From Fimbriosthenelais zetlandica (taxonomy: Eukaryota): a DNA stretch of 64,000 bases. The first letter of the stretch is position 1. Every line of letters begins with the position of its first letter. The translations under genes were made by a program, and so were the position numbers. The DNA lies in assembly GCA_977030845.1 (NCBI GenBank), contig OZ365112.1, positions 16,182,001-16,246,000 on the forward strand, in the 5' to 3' direction. The notes under the pieces were generated by a model that searched no databases, was not told the origin of the DNA, and saw only the letters and a list, made by a program, of their open reading frames with translations. Of this stretch, positions 9,779 through 24,700 are shown piece by piece.

Positions 9779-12700
9779 GTCAGTCCTAATAAATGTTTTA
9801 CACACTTTATTCTCAATATTATACCGTTTCGTTCCGCCTATATATTCAATATGAAATATAAACATGGTTTAAGCAAGCCCAGAAGTCGTGCACACATATT
9901 CACAGATCTATATTATAGCTGGAATGACTTCAGTTTTAACGTTTTAAAGATATCTATAATATGACGCATTATTGAGCATCTATCTTTCATATTATGATGG
10001 AAGGCCAGGCAATTACCGTGAAACAGTAATTATGGCAGTACATGGAGCAGCTCAGTTTAGCTCATCCTGTTTGCCTTTAATTGTGAGGCCTATATTACAG
10101 ACGCTCACACTCTGTCGTGCCATGCTGTGGCTTCATTCACTGAAGCTTGAGAGTGCAGGTTGAGTTACAATATTTACATGGCTTCAACGCCCACTCTCCT
10201 GCTACACGTATACTTACTGATCTTGTCAATATTTTTGACAAGTACAGTTTGTAACTTATGTTGTTACCCAGGAAAAACATTTTTTTCTACCTACGTGTTC
10301 GATGTATTGTGACATCGGTATTGGCATTGTGGTTTGACATTTTCAAATGGAGACATCTCAAGGGATACTCCTGCCAGCACGGAGAATATTGATCATTCCT
10401 GTTTGTTACTAGCAATATTCCCACTGGGAGACTTATTCCGCTACAGTAACTCGGTAACCTGGCTGTCTTATACTTCCAATGTGAAATGTCCAACTCCATT
10501 TGCCGGTCCCCTCCACCTAATCATTTGCCCCTGCGGTGCCTCAGTTAGGTAATTGCAGGCAGAAATTGATGCCTTGCAACCTCCATTGTTGACTGACTTA
10601 GTATTCGGGATAACGTGGGCGGATGAGGATTTAAGTCTTCAGAGCAATTTGAAAAGAAGAGGAAAATGCCATTGCCTCCAGTGATTTGGGACTTAATTGG
10701 AGTTGTAGTGTCATCTATAGCGGTTTTACCTCAGGTGTGCTTATCCCTGTTCTTTATGTATGGGCTTTTGTCATGCTTAGCATCATGAAAAGGTGTTGCT
10801 TTCTTCACACGAGCTTATATGTGTAGCCTTTTATATAATATAGCAATCCTGGTACATGTCAAATTAAATAGACTGTAGTACTCTTGTATTAGCCACACAC
10901 CTGTCATCGTCTTTTTCTCGTCTCTGGTTATCTCTGAACCTCAACGAAGCTTCCTTCCACAATAAAATTTCTAGTTAAGCCTATCATATCACCGAGAAAG
11001 GATGGGTTATTACAAGCTAATGTAACTCTCATATTTATAATGATCTTAAAGCATATAATTTGTCCTTTCTAGGTATATGCATTATGTTAAATGTTGGTTC
11101 GGCGTATCTTGCCCACATCTGGCCGTCTAAATTACCTCAGTATAATTTTCTGTGTCAGCATTCTTTCTCATCCTCATCCACCTTCAGACAGGTGGATAAT
11201 CTAAGAGGCCAGCATCATCCTCACTTCTCGGGGCTGTCAATTATTTGCCTGGAACACTCCCTTCACCTTGTCCCCTCCTCCTAATTCCTGCCATGCCTGG
11301 CCTGAGGAATGCTATGATCCTGGTCTTCTATATCATTAACTAGCCTCCCAGTCAATCAGTCATTAGTCTGTCGTCAGACTTAGTAGTATGCAGAGTAGGA
11401 TTAAGTGCAGGCATCAGTGTGGTTAGCTTTGTATGTTCACTGACTGCCTTGCTGCATGTTAGCCTGTGGTTGTATATAGGCAGAGAGCTGGAACTCACGA
11501 CATGTGATCAATACTCGGGTGATTGCCTGGCATCTGTTGCTCGCCTACTTGGACATCCACTGGCTTTATACCAGTAAGACCACGGCCAGTCCGGTAATTG
11601 ACCCTCTGGTGATATTATTTGGCACCTGGGTCTCGTAGTCATGCCCCAGTGATTGGCTACTATGACCTCTTTTTCCAGGGCCACCAGGCAGAAGATAGCC
11701 ACCGTCTCTTGGCAATCAACCAGCAGGCACCACCCACGCCTGGTAGATAGCATGCATGATTACCCTGCCATTAGCTCACTAATTTTCCATTATTCTGGCC
11801 TCATGTAAATTGCATCAGTCAGCCTCATATCGTGACCAAAAAAAGAAAGAAGATAAAAGAGGACAACTGGTGGTGAAGCGTCTAGACAGAGGTGTTTTTC
11901 ACTTTAAACTTGTATAGTAAAATGCCAGCTTAAAACTTGCAACGAGCAGTTAGTCACATTTTTCCCTTTCTGCCATTGCCTTTATATACTATACTGGCCC
12001 AGCAAAGTTCTAGCAGCTGTCACTTCTTGAACCTCACTTCTGCCCACATGCTGTTGCAGACAATGCTTGCCACCTTGGCGTTTGCCCATGGCTAAAATAG
12101 CTCTGGGAAGAGAGTTGTGTTGGCAGGAGATGACTATAATGACGCATGCAGGCATTAGTCCCCGTCTGTGAGGTAGAGGACAAGGACAGCCTTCTGATTT
12201 TGCCTTATAAGAGGCTCGTGTGTCGGACAGCTATAATTCTGGGTGTTAGCAGGAACATTGTTTTATCTGCCGGCAATTACATGTTATTCCCGACTGTTGT
12301 CATGGCAACGACCCCTTCTGTCATAATCCTGTGATACAACTGCCAATTACAGGCCTTCTTATCTCCCCAGGCAGTGTTAACGATGTAACCACCAACAAGT
12401 AGCAGGCAAGATAGAACGATGTTATTTCATTAAGTTCAGCAACAGTTTGGTCAGTAGAGTCCATTATTTAATCAGGGGAATAGAACGAAATATATTACTT
12501 AGTCGTGTTTCGTTCATCACACTGTATAATGCTGGAGTATGATGATAAGAAAATACATTCTCACAGCAGGACATGGAGTAAATGAAACTGTATGCATGCT
12601 TGCTGCCAATCAAATCATCACTGGTTGATTTTCACTGGAATATAGCATGCCATGACATGATAACCATTTACTATAAAACATGAAATACGTGGAAAATAGA

Positions 12701-15700
12701 CCGCTGGCATGTGGCAGTATATTTTAGGGGGAAATTAGAGTCGATGGATTATATTCGAAACACAGGGTTCTATTTTCCACGTGGAAATGTGGCCTCCACT
12801 GTCCTATGGTGTTAGTTCGAATTGAAATATGTCATGATGGGTTTTAGATTTGATGAGGTATGGAGGAATCACACGGATACACGGATATATTAATCGCCGG
12901 TATCATTCAGTTTCTCATAGATTCACGAAACATTATCTCTATATGATTTTCCAGTATCGAAATATTCGCAGTCAGATTTTAAGCCAAATGTACGGCACAT
13001 GCTGAATTTTCCCACTAACTAAAAGTCTTTAAATATATGTAATATACCTGTTGCAGTATAATGTTGCAGCGTACCTTGTACCTTCAAAAGCCTCATGAGC
13101 TCAAGAGGCTGGATAATTTCATTGGAATTCTTTTTACCAAGTTAATGAGTTGATTAAATCTGTATATCATTCCACTGATTAATTATGCCAGGTATTTACG
13201 GCATCCAATCTGATCATGTCCTGCCCTGTTGACATCTGCCATCACATCCTGCTGCCCCGTCTCCTCTTCTTCCTCGAGCCTGTAATAAATAATCAGAATA
13301 GAAATGTCAGTCCTCTGATCATTATGGTCATATAAAAAGCATGCATGTCTTTGGGTTTATTGCCACGCTACATTTAATTGATTTGGGCAGCGGTAAATAT
13401 GAATTAATCATGAGAACGTTCCCAAGATGTATTATGTGTCTGTATTTGGACATTGACAAGAAACAGATTAAACAAAAACACAGCCCCACATGTCATATCT
13501 GACTGGCGTTGGTCTAAGTCAAAAACACCCGTTCCGTTTGTTATGGAATGGTAGAAAGTTTACACCTCAATGTGAGAAAAATAAAAGGCACGTGACAGTA
13601 TGCTGTCAGATCTGCTGTACTAGGATGTCTGTTTTGTCTCAGAATCCTTCAGTTTTACTGTCAAAAAGATAACTTCCAATATTTCTTCTACACATTGTAG
13701 GATCTCCCGCCACTGACAGTTCTGTCATTTTTGCTCTTGATACAAACTAAAACCGTTGTATTCATATTTTTGTTTTTTTTACATATTCATCTATTTAAAG
13801 CATCCTCTCTTTAAGGAAATTCTCAGGAATTATAATGTTTCTGGAAAACAGGTCAGTCCAATATGTGGGCATCTTGGAGATATGTTGCCGTAAATCAGCT
13901 GCCTGTTTCAACAATCATACTCCTGGCTCAAAATATATATTCTTCACTCTACTACTAGCCACCAATAACCTTTGTCTGCATGGCAACTATGCTTTGCCGA
14001 TCTATGAAGGATTTTGAATCCATAAAAGCTCATGGAAAAAATCGGCCAATGCAAAGAGACAGGGGCTTGAATGTTCAACTCTAGACCATTCCTTTAACAG
14101 ATCATGCAGGGGAACGCCAGTATTAGAAGTAGCTAGCCTATCTACATTTCCTTTTGGAAAGCCCCAATAATAGAATATGGTATATATTCTTTATATCTGT
14201 GGAAATATGCTCGGCCAGCCCCTGGGGGACTGTGATGTATTCCCCCATGGTGGTGTAATAGAGTGAATATAGAGGCTTTCATAGTCCGCTCACTATCTAC
14301 AAGATGGATAAGGGAATCACCACGAAGAGAAATAAAGAAACCCTGCGGGAATTACTGCATATCCCTTATTGACCAATTTATTTGCCCTCTACCCTACCTT
14401 ATACAATACATTCTACAATAAATCCCCGAGAATTGAACCCCATTGCCAAACCTGGTCTCAGCCAGGTCTCTCATAGTGGAGGCAAAGGTCAGTCTTTTAT
14501 CCTTTAAGTACCATTATTTAAAGGATAAGGAACCTGAGACTCGACCTTCCCGTTCTGAAATGCTTCAAGAGGCTTTTGTTGAGCCATTGATATGTACTGA
14601 AATACATTATATACCTCCATTGTCCTGTATTATAGACTTTGTTGTATTGGATCTTTGACTATCTGAGAAGCAAGTATGCCCAGAGAAACGTCTATCACAA
14701 GTCTACTGAACCGCACTACTGTATCTCTACTGAGGTCTCAGATAAACCTGTTCAGTTTAAGATGATTACTAGATTTTCCAAGCTGCCTGAAGGTTGTATT
14801 ATACATTCTCACCTCAGCTGCAGGAGTTGGTAGAGAAAAAAGGAGCTCGGTCTTCCAGCGTGTTTAGAGCTGGGGTGGCGGGTTGATAATCCTTATCATC
14901 TAGCTGTGATCAGCTCTATGCTGCCACGAGGGGTCGCTTTGATGATGGAGGAGGTGGGAGAAAAAAGTCCATATTTCCGTCAGGGTGATGATGGATATCC
15001 CCACCTTGTCAATCCATATTAGATGGGTTCCGTGTGGACATCCTGTATATATACAAATTACATTGTACTTTTTATACTTCATTGGTATCAATTGCCAATC
15101 TATTTTATTAATTATATATCTCCACAATGCAAATGTATATTCAGCATTTTTCTATCCGAATTGCAAAGAATGTACACAATTTCGGCCTAAACTTCAAGCA
15201 ATTGTATAGAATGGTAGAAAATTAGTTATTTTGTGGAAATTCACCTTGGGGCCGGTTTCGTCCATTCAGTCTGTGTGTGCCAGGCGGCTAACCTCCCAGG
15301 AGGCCGATTATTGGGAGATTTACTCTAATCCGTCAGCTTATGCCTGGGGCTTTAAGAACCACCTTGAAATCACATACCCTAACCTTGTCAGCGCCTCCCA
15401 ATAATAAGCTGATTGAATCAGGATCAATGAAAAAATGTCTTCTTAAGATTACATCGTATATTGCCATTTACTGTTGGATTACCCACACTTTGTAAATCAC
15501 GTTATAATGTAAGATCAGCAGTAGATTTCACACCCGATGGCTTTACACTATGTTGGTTTTTGCTCATGGCTCTACTACATGCGGATTTTTGTATAACTTT
15601 GATTGGTACAGATCGTTTCCACTGGCCCAAGATTCCAAAAGTAGCCTCAACATTTTGTCCCTGCATCTCAGATTTGATGTCCTGTGAAACAATTGCGAGT

Positions 15701-18700
15701 GTTTCGCACGGCTGAGCCAATTGAGGATTCTTTCAGGAGGTAATGAAGAAAAGCCACCGTGAAGAGGCATGAATAATCTCCTCGTTTTGGGTTAATCATA
15801 TGAATTGCCGCCTTAATTCCCTGTAATTATGACAGTTGATGAGATCATTTCTTCCAGACCATGGCATTTTGTGAATCATCTCCTCATATATTTTTAATAT
15901 TTTCATTTCTATTTTAGTTCTCCCTTTTGGGAGTGTGTCTGCTGGGAGGGTGACACAACTGTCAGTAAATGTTGAACATTCAGGGTTGTCCTGTCCAGCT
16001 TCTGACTAGACAATTGACCACGCCTGAGCTACTACATTACATGATGCTAGATACTGGTGAATATTGCCATGGCTGTATACGCGTGCAACGCCCCTGGAAG
16101 CCCACGCTGTTAATTCCCTTGTGGACCCTTCTCATGTAATTACTCACAGGTCTGAAAGCCTTTCCTCCACCTGGCCTTTTTATGCCTACATGGAGCTGCT
16201 CTTGCTAAAAGCAGTAAAAATATTAAAAGCGAGACCCAGTGGTCGGAGCAGCTGGCTGCACAGCTGCATGGTCCGACTCCAACCGAGTAGTAAAAGAGTA
16301 GACCAGACGCAGCAGAAAACTTATTATTATGGTTGAATGTGACGTGCATTCACAGAAAAGTTTGCACAGTTCCAAGAGACTGTCTAGATATTGTATGTGT
16401 ATACTTTCTTTTCCGACCTCCCGACATGTGGTTCTCTTTAACTAAATGTGCACTAGACAGCCTTCTAGGATGGATTCTTCCGCTCCAGCATAATGATATA
16501 TAGACAGGATGATATACAGAGCTTGCCTCGCATTGAATGAATCTGGAGATTGCTATAGAAACCTCCGGCATATGGCATGCTTTACCTTTTCTCCCATCAC
16601 AATGCACGTGGCTTCAGCTCTTGGCATCCTTCATTGAAAAGGCAAACCAGACCTGCTGGCTCCTCTGAGCTCCAGTAACCTTATCACCCTGGTGGTGGAG
16701 AACATGACATCCACCATTCACTACCTTTACAAATACTCCAGGCTCTGAGCTGAATGTAATTCTCTTACATTTCCGCATTATTCATGTGCAGCACACATGT
16801 GTATAAAAGAGGAACAGAGTTAAAATCTTTGAAACCTTCTTTTACTTCTTCGTTTCAGGGTCTCGTGCCTATTCATAGAAAATGTCTTCAAGGAAATTTT
16901 CCCTGGATCTCTGTTTTGTAGGACTGAAGAAAGGTTATCTTGTGTTTTACTATCTGTGCCATATCAAATCCCGTGTTTGCATAAAGGCATTCAAATGGTT
17001 AAATTATTGCCATGTCAGGGATAAACTATGTCCTTAATGAGGCACTTTATATGCTTCCTGATTCCCAAATAACATTTTAACTTGCGGGCAAATGAATATC
17101 TGATTACCTTAGGTGAAATGGCCGTTTCAGAATTATTTATCATAATTTTTTTGTTGATTCATAAAATCCCGAGTGAAATGAATTGACAATTAACCTGTAG
17201 ATATTCGTCTCACCAGCTCTGTTCCCAGGATCTCCAAGAGGAATATTTTGTAGATATTCCCGGATTGTATGTGGTGCTTGCACTTTCTGGTTATTGATGT
17301 CCTGGCTGTCTTTGCGATGATATGAAAGACAAGCCTACTCAAAGCCACCCTACTTATTACCTGATTTCAATTGCATGTTACAAGTGAGCCATATATCATT
17401 GAGAAGCCCTTATTACGGGCACATCTGGCACGAACGTGAAGGAAATACTCTACATGTGTTCATGTCTCTTTCGTGACTTGCTATTGACAGGAGCCATCCA
17501 CTCCAGGCTGGCAATTGCCAAGTATGCCCTGCATGTAAAAACTACTATATCCTCTCCTAAATCATAGAAAAACTTGTAAAAATATACTGTCAGAATTGCT
17601 GAATGCACAAAATTATTCAGATATTGGTGCTGCAATATTTTGACTTCGCCTAAGACATGGCATTGATCTGAGAGAGCAGAGCCATGCCACTCACAATTAG
17701 AGGTGGTACGCCAGTATCTAATACCGTATATATTAGAATTAATAATGCCTAAGTTCAATCGTTTCATTGTTTAAATGTCTATTTTGTGTTAAACTTTCCA
17801 TAAATTAAGCTAGAGGAAAGAGTGTACAAAATATTCTACCATTGATATTTTTATCTTTTCAGGTTGTCCCCAAAGACTACAAAACCATGGCTGCTCTCTC
17901 CAAAGCTATATCAAGAAATGTTCTCTTCTCACATTTGGATGATAATGAACGAAGGTAAGTGCATGGACATGCTTTAGGTTTTCTTCTCGGGGAGTTCGGC
18001 CCTTGGGACTATATTAATTTCCTGAGGCATCACTTTTGATCATTTTCTCCCTCCATCTCACGGACCCCTTAGCAGGTCATAAAGACAACATTGTTGTTCC
18101 CCCTGAAACAAGTAACTGTCAGTAGATGTGCACTAATTGAACGTATAGAACATGACATTTGTGTATGTATGCGGTGCTTCGAAGTGTGCTGCTGTACCGG
18201 CAGCATGCACATTCACTGTACACCCCCACTGTGTCATTGGTGTCATACAAGTAGCTAATGCCATCCCCAAATCTAAGCACTTACAGCTATATTCTCCGCA
18301 AAGTGCCCCATGTGATATTTATAACTATATTACACCCACTAATGCATCCAGGAAACCATTTCTGGATCTCCAATAGGCACTTTAGTCAGTAAATTATTCA
18401 TTTAGAAGAGAAAAGAGTACACATGAAACCTGAGAGCAGTGCTCACGTGGGAGAAGACACTTTATGAGTGAAGAGCTCTTGATTAGAAGCATACTCAAAT
18501 ACTCTTGTGTTAAATTCGTGGGGTAGGGGGTATTGGGAATCTTCTCCTATGAATGAGTATTTTTAAAGGGCCTGAATCAATGGCAATCGTAGACCTGTGG
18601 AGAATAGGCTTATTATGCCCAATTGATCTTAGAAGGGGGGAAATGGCGCGTATAGTGGAGCAGATTGTTGGTATGATGGGTCTGTGAGGTAAAACGGGCT

Positions 18701-21700
18701 CTGGCCATAACCGATTTTACTGCCTTCCTTCCACAGGATTCGCCACTACATTTAACAAAAAGCCTTTATATGTTAGTCCACTTGGCAATGGCACTGAATA
18801 GAAATTGCCAGTTCTCCCAGCAAATGGTGCTTGAGCAGGGACATGCAGAGACCTTTTTATATATAGATAGCTGGCCTCCTATACCCTGCTGCATAAATAT
18901 GGAAGAGTCTCAGTGTCATATCTATTTCTCGGATTGGATATTTTCAGAAATAGTTTCATATATATATAATATAGTCGATGTCGTATGTTTATTCATTATG
19001 GTCTGCCAAATTGGAAACACGTTTGAGGTATTGTTCCACATTTCTATATGTACGCATTGTCTAGGCAATGTTGGTTTCTTGACAACAATGGGCCTCTATT
19101 TGCTTGTCAATTAAGCAAAGATACCAGAAGCTGATTGGCAATCAAGTCCATGGCTAATACAATACCACCTGCAAGTGTTAATACATTGCATCAGCTTTTT
19201 ATGAGCCATCGCTATTGATTTCAGCCTAGTCATTTTCTCAGCAGATAAGAAGGGACCATTTTCTACACCTGTGTTCCCAAGAACAGAATTAATGTTTCTG
19301 TTTGTCTGACACGTTTGTTCCCCACCCATGTTAATTAAACCTTGGGGAAATCTTCATGTCAAAATGAATAAATTTAGCATCGCTGTCTCATACCTCTAGC
19401 AGAATGCCCGGTAATAAAAGAAGTTTTGTCTGTATTCTCCACAAGCTGATTTTCTGGTCACATACAGGGAAGTCGTGCTTTGATGTGTGTAATCTGACTC
19501 ATCCCTTGAGGCCGATTAATGGAGCCTTTTTTGTAAGCAGATGATTGTACTAAATGACAGAAAAATGGGGAACAACCTTGGGCTGTACTCCCGTATAATC
19601 AAAGGCAAATGGTCATTTCTCCTGTTAGAAGCTTGTCATCAGATAAAGGCCCCTTCTTTTAGAAGTCAGTTATTTGTGTCATGAATGTCCAGGGAAAATG
19701 TGATTACCTTCTATATCTGAATGCCTTATTAACAGACATGAGTCCTGAAAGAGCTCTATCTCTTCCTAGTTCTCCTCAGATGTTTTAGTAACCAAAATTG
19801 TCTTTTACCGAGTATTTCTCTTGACAAAAAGGCTTGTGTCATATCATTCTAACGCGTCGTAATTGCAAATAACTTGGAAAGAAATAATCAGATCATTCGG
19901 ATAGAAATTGGCGGTGCTTCTTAGTACGATCATTGTGCTCAAAACCATGAGAGATCACGAAGATGCAGACACTACGTACCTGTAAATGGTTCAATTTAGG
20001 GGTAGGACCGGGCTAAGTCGTAGTTAGCCTCCCCACCACACACAGGTCTGGCTATATAGAGGTTTTGCCCTACATTCCCTTTATTGGTGAAGTGCATGCA
20101 GCAGTAAGCACTGGGAGCCACAATTAGGATAATTTTTTCATGACATGCATGACAAGCTTAGACCAACCCTTAAACAAACATCAGATATGAATGTATTGTG
20201 AAAAAACATTTAAATGTCGTAATCATAAAGGTATAATATGAAGCATTTCATATTTTCATTGATCGTCATGCACGGTTGCCATCACGGTTGTCATTAGGTG
20301 CTGAATGTTTTATATTAGAGCAGAGAGAATACACCTGGTCTCTGATTAGAGTGACTGGAACTTGTTGCAGTAAAGCTACTTAGCTTTGTTTGTGATACAT
20401 GGGTATGGCATGTACATGAAACAATCATTTACAGTATCGATTCTGCCCACAAAGAAGCCAGGCATGTACTGATAATCTCCAGATCCCCTCACAGCTCTCC
20501 GCATCAGGGAGGAGTATTGACATGTAAACAAAGAGCTGCTTCCTCCTACCGTTGGCTCTAAATATATTATAACCAGCGCTATACAACAAGTCCTTAAATG
20601 GCAGCTTATTAACTCTTATAATGCCTATTCATAGATCAGTGTTGGATCATATAGGTGGAGTTTGTGAAGTGGGTCTGCTGGCTATGGTAGGAATATTGCT
20701 CACGTAGTGTTTTTTTTTCTTTCTATGAGATCTCCATAAACCAAGAGAGCGATCCATTGTAAATGCAATAACGTGCCCTTCAATTTCATAAGCTGAAACA
20801 TTGATTCCTCTGAATGCAAATAAATAAGTTGCATTGATTTGATCCTGGTTTTCCCTCGTATATACAGAGAGATATTTTAGATACCATCCCGCATTTAGAT
20901 GAGCTCTGCTGCTCTCTGAAGGTTCCCATAACTGAAGTATTGATTTTCTTACCAGAATACATGCAAAGGCCATTTAAAAAACAGTTAGTATGGATACATG
21001 TACAGTAGAGATGCATGCTGATAAGCATGCTCAGTGATATTGGATGGGTTGAAGGTTTTTTATTTAGTATTTAACACTCAAGCTGTATCTTCATAGCTTC
21101 ATTGTATTCGTCACAGCCTGTAACATAGACTATATTATAGCTCCAGGGCTACCAGTGATGGGAATTAATCATCTGAAAATGTTATAGCTGACTCTGCATT
21201 ATTTCTTGGCTTGTAAGTTCAAAAGCCTTGTATAGTTGATGTCACATATTTCGGCTGTATAATGATTTCACCCTTTCTTGCCATCAACGAGTCATCCATT
21301 TAAGGTTGCTATACATTTCCCATTTGTACATAATTTCCTTCAAATACCATGCATAATCAGCTCATATTCGATATGTGGAACATGACCATTTGGGATGCTT
21401 GACCAGCAAAATTGTCCATGCCTTCCAACATTGAGCTCCGTATTCCAGAAATTAAGCTTGGACTGGGTCTAATGATACATCATAAGATTCCAACAGATTT
21501 TTTGCATCGCAATACATTTCAGAAAATGATTTGTCATAGAAAAAGCTGTGTACCAATTAGGGGTCTTCAGGGGAAGTGTTCTTAAGAGACTTGTAGGTAG
21601 TTCTAATAGCTCTACCATAGTGCTGGCCTGATTTATTGTGACTAGTAAAAAGCTTTATAGTCGAGTAATTCAGCTTGTCTACTTTCCTGCCATTTAAAAT

Positions 21701-24700
21701 GCTTCATGCCCACAAGACCTCAGCTGGAGGTATAGAAATACCCTTCCAATATGCACAGACCGATTCTAATGTGATTGCTTCCTGTTTTACTTGAGCTTCA
21801 TCGGGTCACCCCCTTATCCCATTACCATTGCCTTGGGCAGTGGTAACCTCAAACATACCCAGATCCTCTCCCACTCTTTCATCTAATACTGACATGGAGA
21901 CGGCCTTCCCCTGACAAAGTGGTCTGATACATGAAGGAGAAGACTGTCTGCTTCATCCTTGCCTGGTCAGTGATTGCTGTGCAGCCAGGGGTCATAAACT
22001 TCAGCTGGTCCTGCCTGCAAAGCCATTCTCCTTCCAGACGACCAGTGTGACCTGCAGACCAAAGGTTCTCCCTATTTATAGATGCTTTCTAAACACTTTA
22101 CACCGACATTGTGTTTCTTTTTACAATGTCAACCTCGGAAGATCAGTTCAAAAACTGGTATGATTTCAAACTAGGCCTACGAATTGTAAACTGAGTATGA
22201 CTTTTTGTCCTGAATATTTGGAGGTTCACTATACATGTACCAAAACTCTGGCAGTCAGCAACGTTTTGCTCTTTAAGAGTCAAAATCTATCCTTCTGAAA
22301 GACATTTTTCCCTGCATTAAATGCTGTATAAATGAAGAGATCGTATGGCAATAGTCTGAACGAGAAGAAAGGTACTTCTGCGTTCGTGGATGGAAAATAC
22401 CTGATGCTAAAAGAGAAAGATTCCGTGATGAATGACGTAGACGTATTGAATTCCGAAAGTCTATGTCTGTGACCTGTAAACGGTTTCTTTGCCCTCGATT
22501 GTTCTCAGTAAAGACGAAGACCGTCTCGTCTGTCTTCATCTGCCGTAGACCAGTTTCCTTTCAGAAAGCTTTTCAAACTCCCAACATCAGATTCAGGGAA
22601 CTACAGTTGCCACCTAAATTGGCTCATCATCACATTCAGGGGAAAGAGCCTCAGTAGAAAGCCTACTGGTTAAATCGCGAATCTGTATCCTTTTCCGGAT
22701 ATTACAGGTTTTTATTGCAACATGTTTGGCAACATGTTTGGCAACATAAGAGACAAGGTCAAATCTAGCAGCATACTGTCTGGCCCAAACTCTCTTATCA
22801 ATTTTAATCGTCCTCTGCATGCAGTTCGCTGTACATTTCAAATTCACTATTGGAGACTAAGGTCATTGTAGGTATAGCTGCATCAATAGTCACTACAGCA
22901 CTTCAGTATAGGCCAGTCACAGGCCCTCCAGTCAGCCTTGTCATTTATTTGAAGATGTAAATGGGACTGTGTTGACTTGGTGTGCTTCTCTGACAAGGCA
23001 AACAGCTAGGTCGTGACGGCTGGCAAATGCTTGACAGTCTGAGATACATGACAAAGCTGTGCTCCCCCTGCCAAACCCTCCAACCTCCCACAACCTGGCT
23101 ACAGTCATCCACTCCCCACTCCCCACTCTCCACTCTCCTCTCATCCAGGAAACGTGCCTCCTAAACCGGCGGTGAAATACCGATGTTCCTAGAGAAGAAA
23201 GGGATAAGTGGAATTCCCTATGAACTAATCTTAGAACAGTGACGAATCCTGTATGAAAAATCTGCCTTCAAACAGAAAAGGCAGCTAAAGCAGAGATTGT
23301 TCCTTGATAAGCCCCAGTCACACTGTCACGAATTTTACCACGAATCATCACGGATCAGCCTTCCTTGGCCATCCCTGATTAAACGTGGTCAACCGTAGGT
23401 GACATCCCTCATCATCCCTGGTCATCCCTGGTCATCCCTAGTCATCCCTGGTGGTTCGCCAAAGTCTACGATCTTCTACGAAAGTTTTGAAATGTTCAAA
23501 ACTTCCGTAGCCACTCCACGATTCATTGACGGATGAATCAAACCTTAGTGGAAACTTAGCTCTTCCCTTCTAAACCCTAGACCCTCCCTGCTAAACCGTG
23601 AAACATTCGTGGTTATCCCTGGCCTTCCCTGAAGGTACCTACGGCCTGGTTGGACCGTCAGAGTTCGTGAGAGTGCCGTGAGAAGTCTTAGGGCTACCGT
23701 GATGATACTTGGTTATAACCACGGACAACCGTATACATATCGTACATGATCCCTCATTTTCCCTGACAATTCCTTCATGAAAACGTACTAAAACGCTGCA
23801 GAACTTGATGAAAACGTAGCAGATTAACCAAGCCCTCCTTGATTGATCCGTATTACAATTCGTGAGTGTGTGACTAGGGAGCCAATATACCACGGTTCAT
23901 CCGTGGTTCATCCTTGGATTATAAACCGTGGCAATCCGTAGCTTCATTCGGGACAGTGTGACTGGGGCTATAAGCTTTTTCTGGTATGGAAGGTTGGGTT
24001 TTTCATATGTTCCAATATGAAAGGCACAGTTCATAAATACTAAAACTATTGTAGAGGAAGAGCCATGTGGACCTGTATGACAGTGCCTCGGGGCATCCCA
24101 TTTGTATTTACCCAGGCCAAAGCAGGAGGAGTTCTGCTGTCGTTGACTGAACCGAGGCAGAGTCAGACATAAGCCTCGCCTGATGCTTCTAAAGCCTCCA
24201 TATTTGTGTTTGACCATTAGATCCATATCAATCATCCTGCCTTTGCTTGACTTGTGTTTCCGCCTCCGCCCATCTGCCAGCTCTTTTCTTGATTCATCTT
24301 GTTTGGTGTCGAGTATAAATCTCACTAGTCAAATATTTATAACCTTTGTATATTGGGGCATGATGACGTGATATGGAAAATAGCATTTGGCGTCAGGATT
24401 CTAATTTGTATTCATATTAGAGACATTTCCATCACACGTTGGTCATTTTATGAGAGAGTTTTGAGAGGGCAGGAATTGATATCGGAATATTCTGTCATGT
24501 TACAGAAAATGTGACCTTGTTGTATGGCCACTTACTATTCCCCTGATTAAAATGACTTAAATAACATGTTTTAATTGTCTGATTGTTCTCTTCTTACAGT
24601 GACATCTTTGACGCCATGTTCCCTGTCCATCGACATGGTGGTGAAACAATTATCCAACAAGGTAAGAGATCTAACCTAATTACCGCGTATTACCTATCAC

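Noticed and set aside
15307-15405. 11-bp inverted repeat ATTATTGGGAG / CTCCCAATAAT
   Set aside because: Too short to separate from chance or an old TE remnant.
16859-16935. Strong acceptor at 16858 followed by [12 protein letters not shown]...
   Set aside because: The best donor is phase 1 and incompatible with the phase-0 exon at 17863. The phase-0 option is very weak.
17448-17530. [10 protein letters not shown]... as an RI first exon lacking the inhibitory site, splicing to 17863
   Set aside because: Only a weak CAT|GTAAAA donor and no other support.
23897-24325. 142-aa minus-strand ORF
   Set aside because: It partly runs into the MITE, has no recognisable domain and no splice or start support. 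At most a decayed element.
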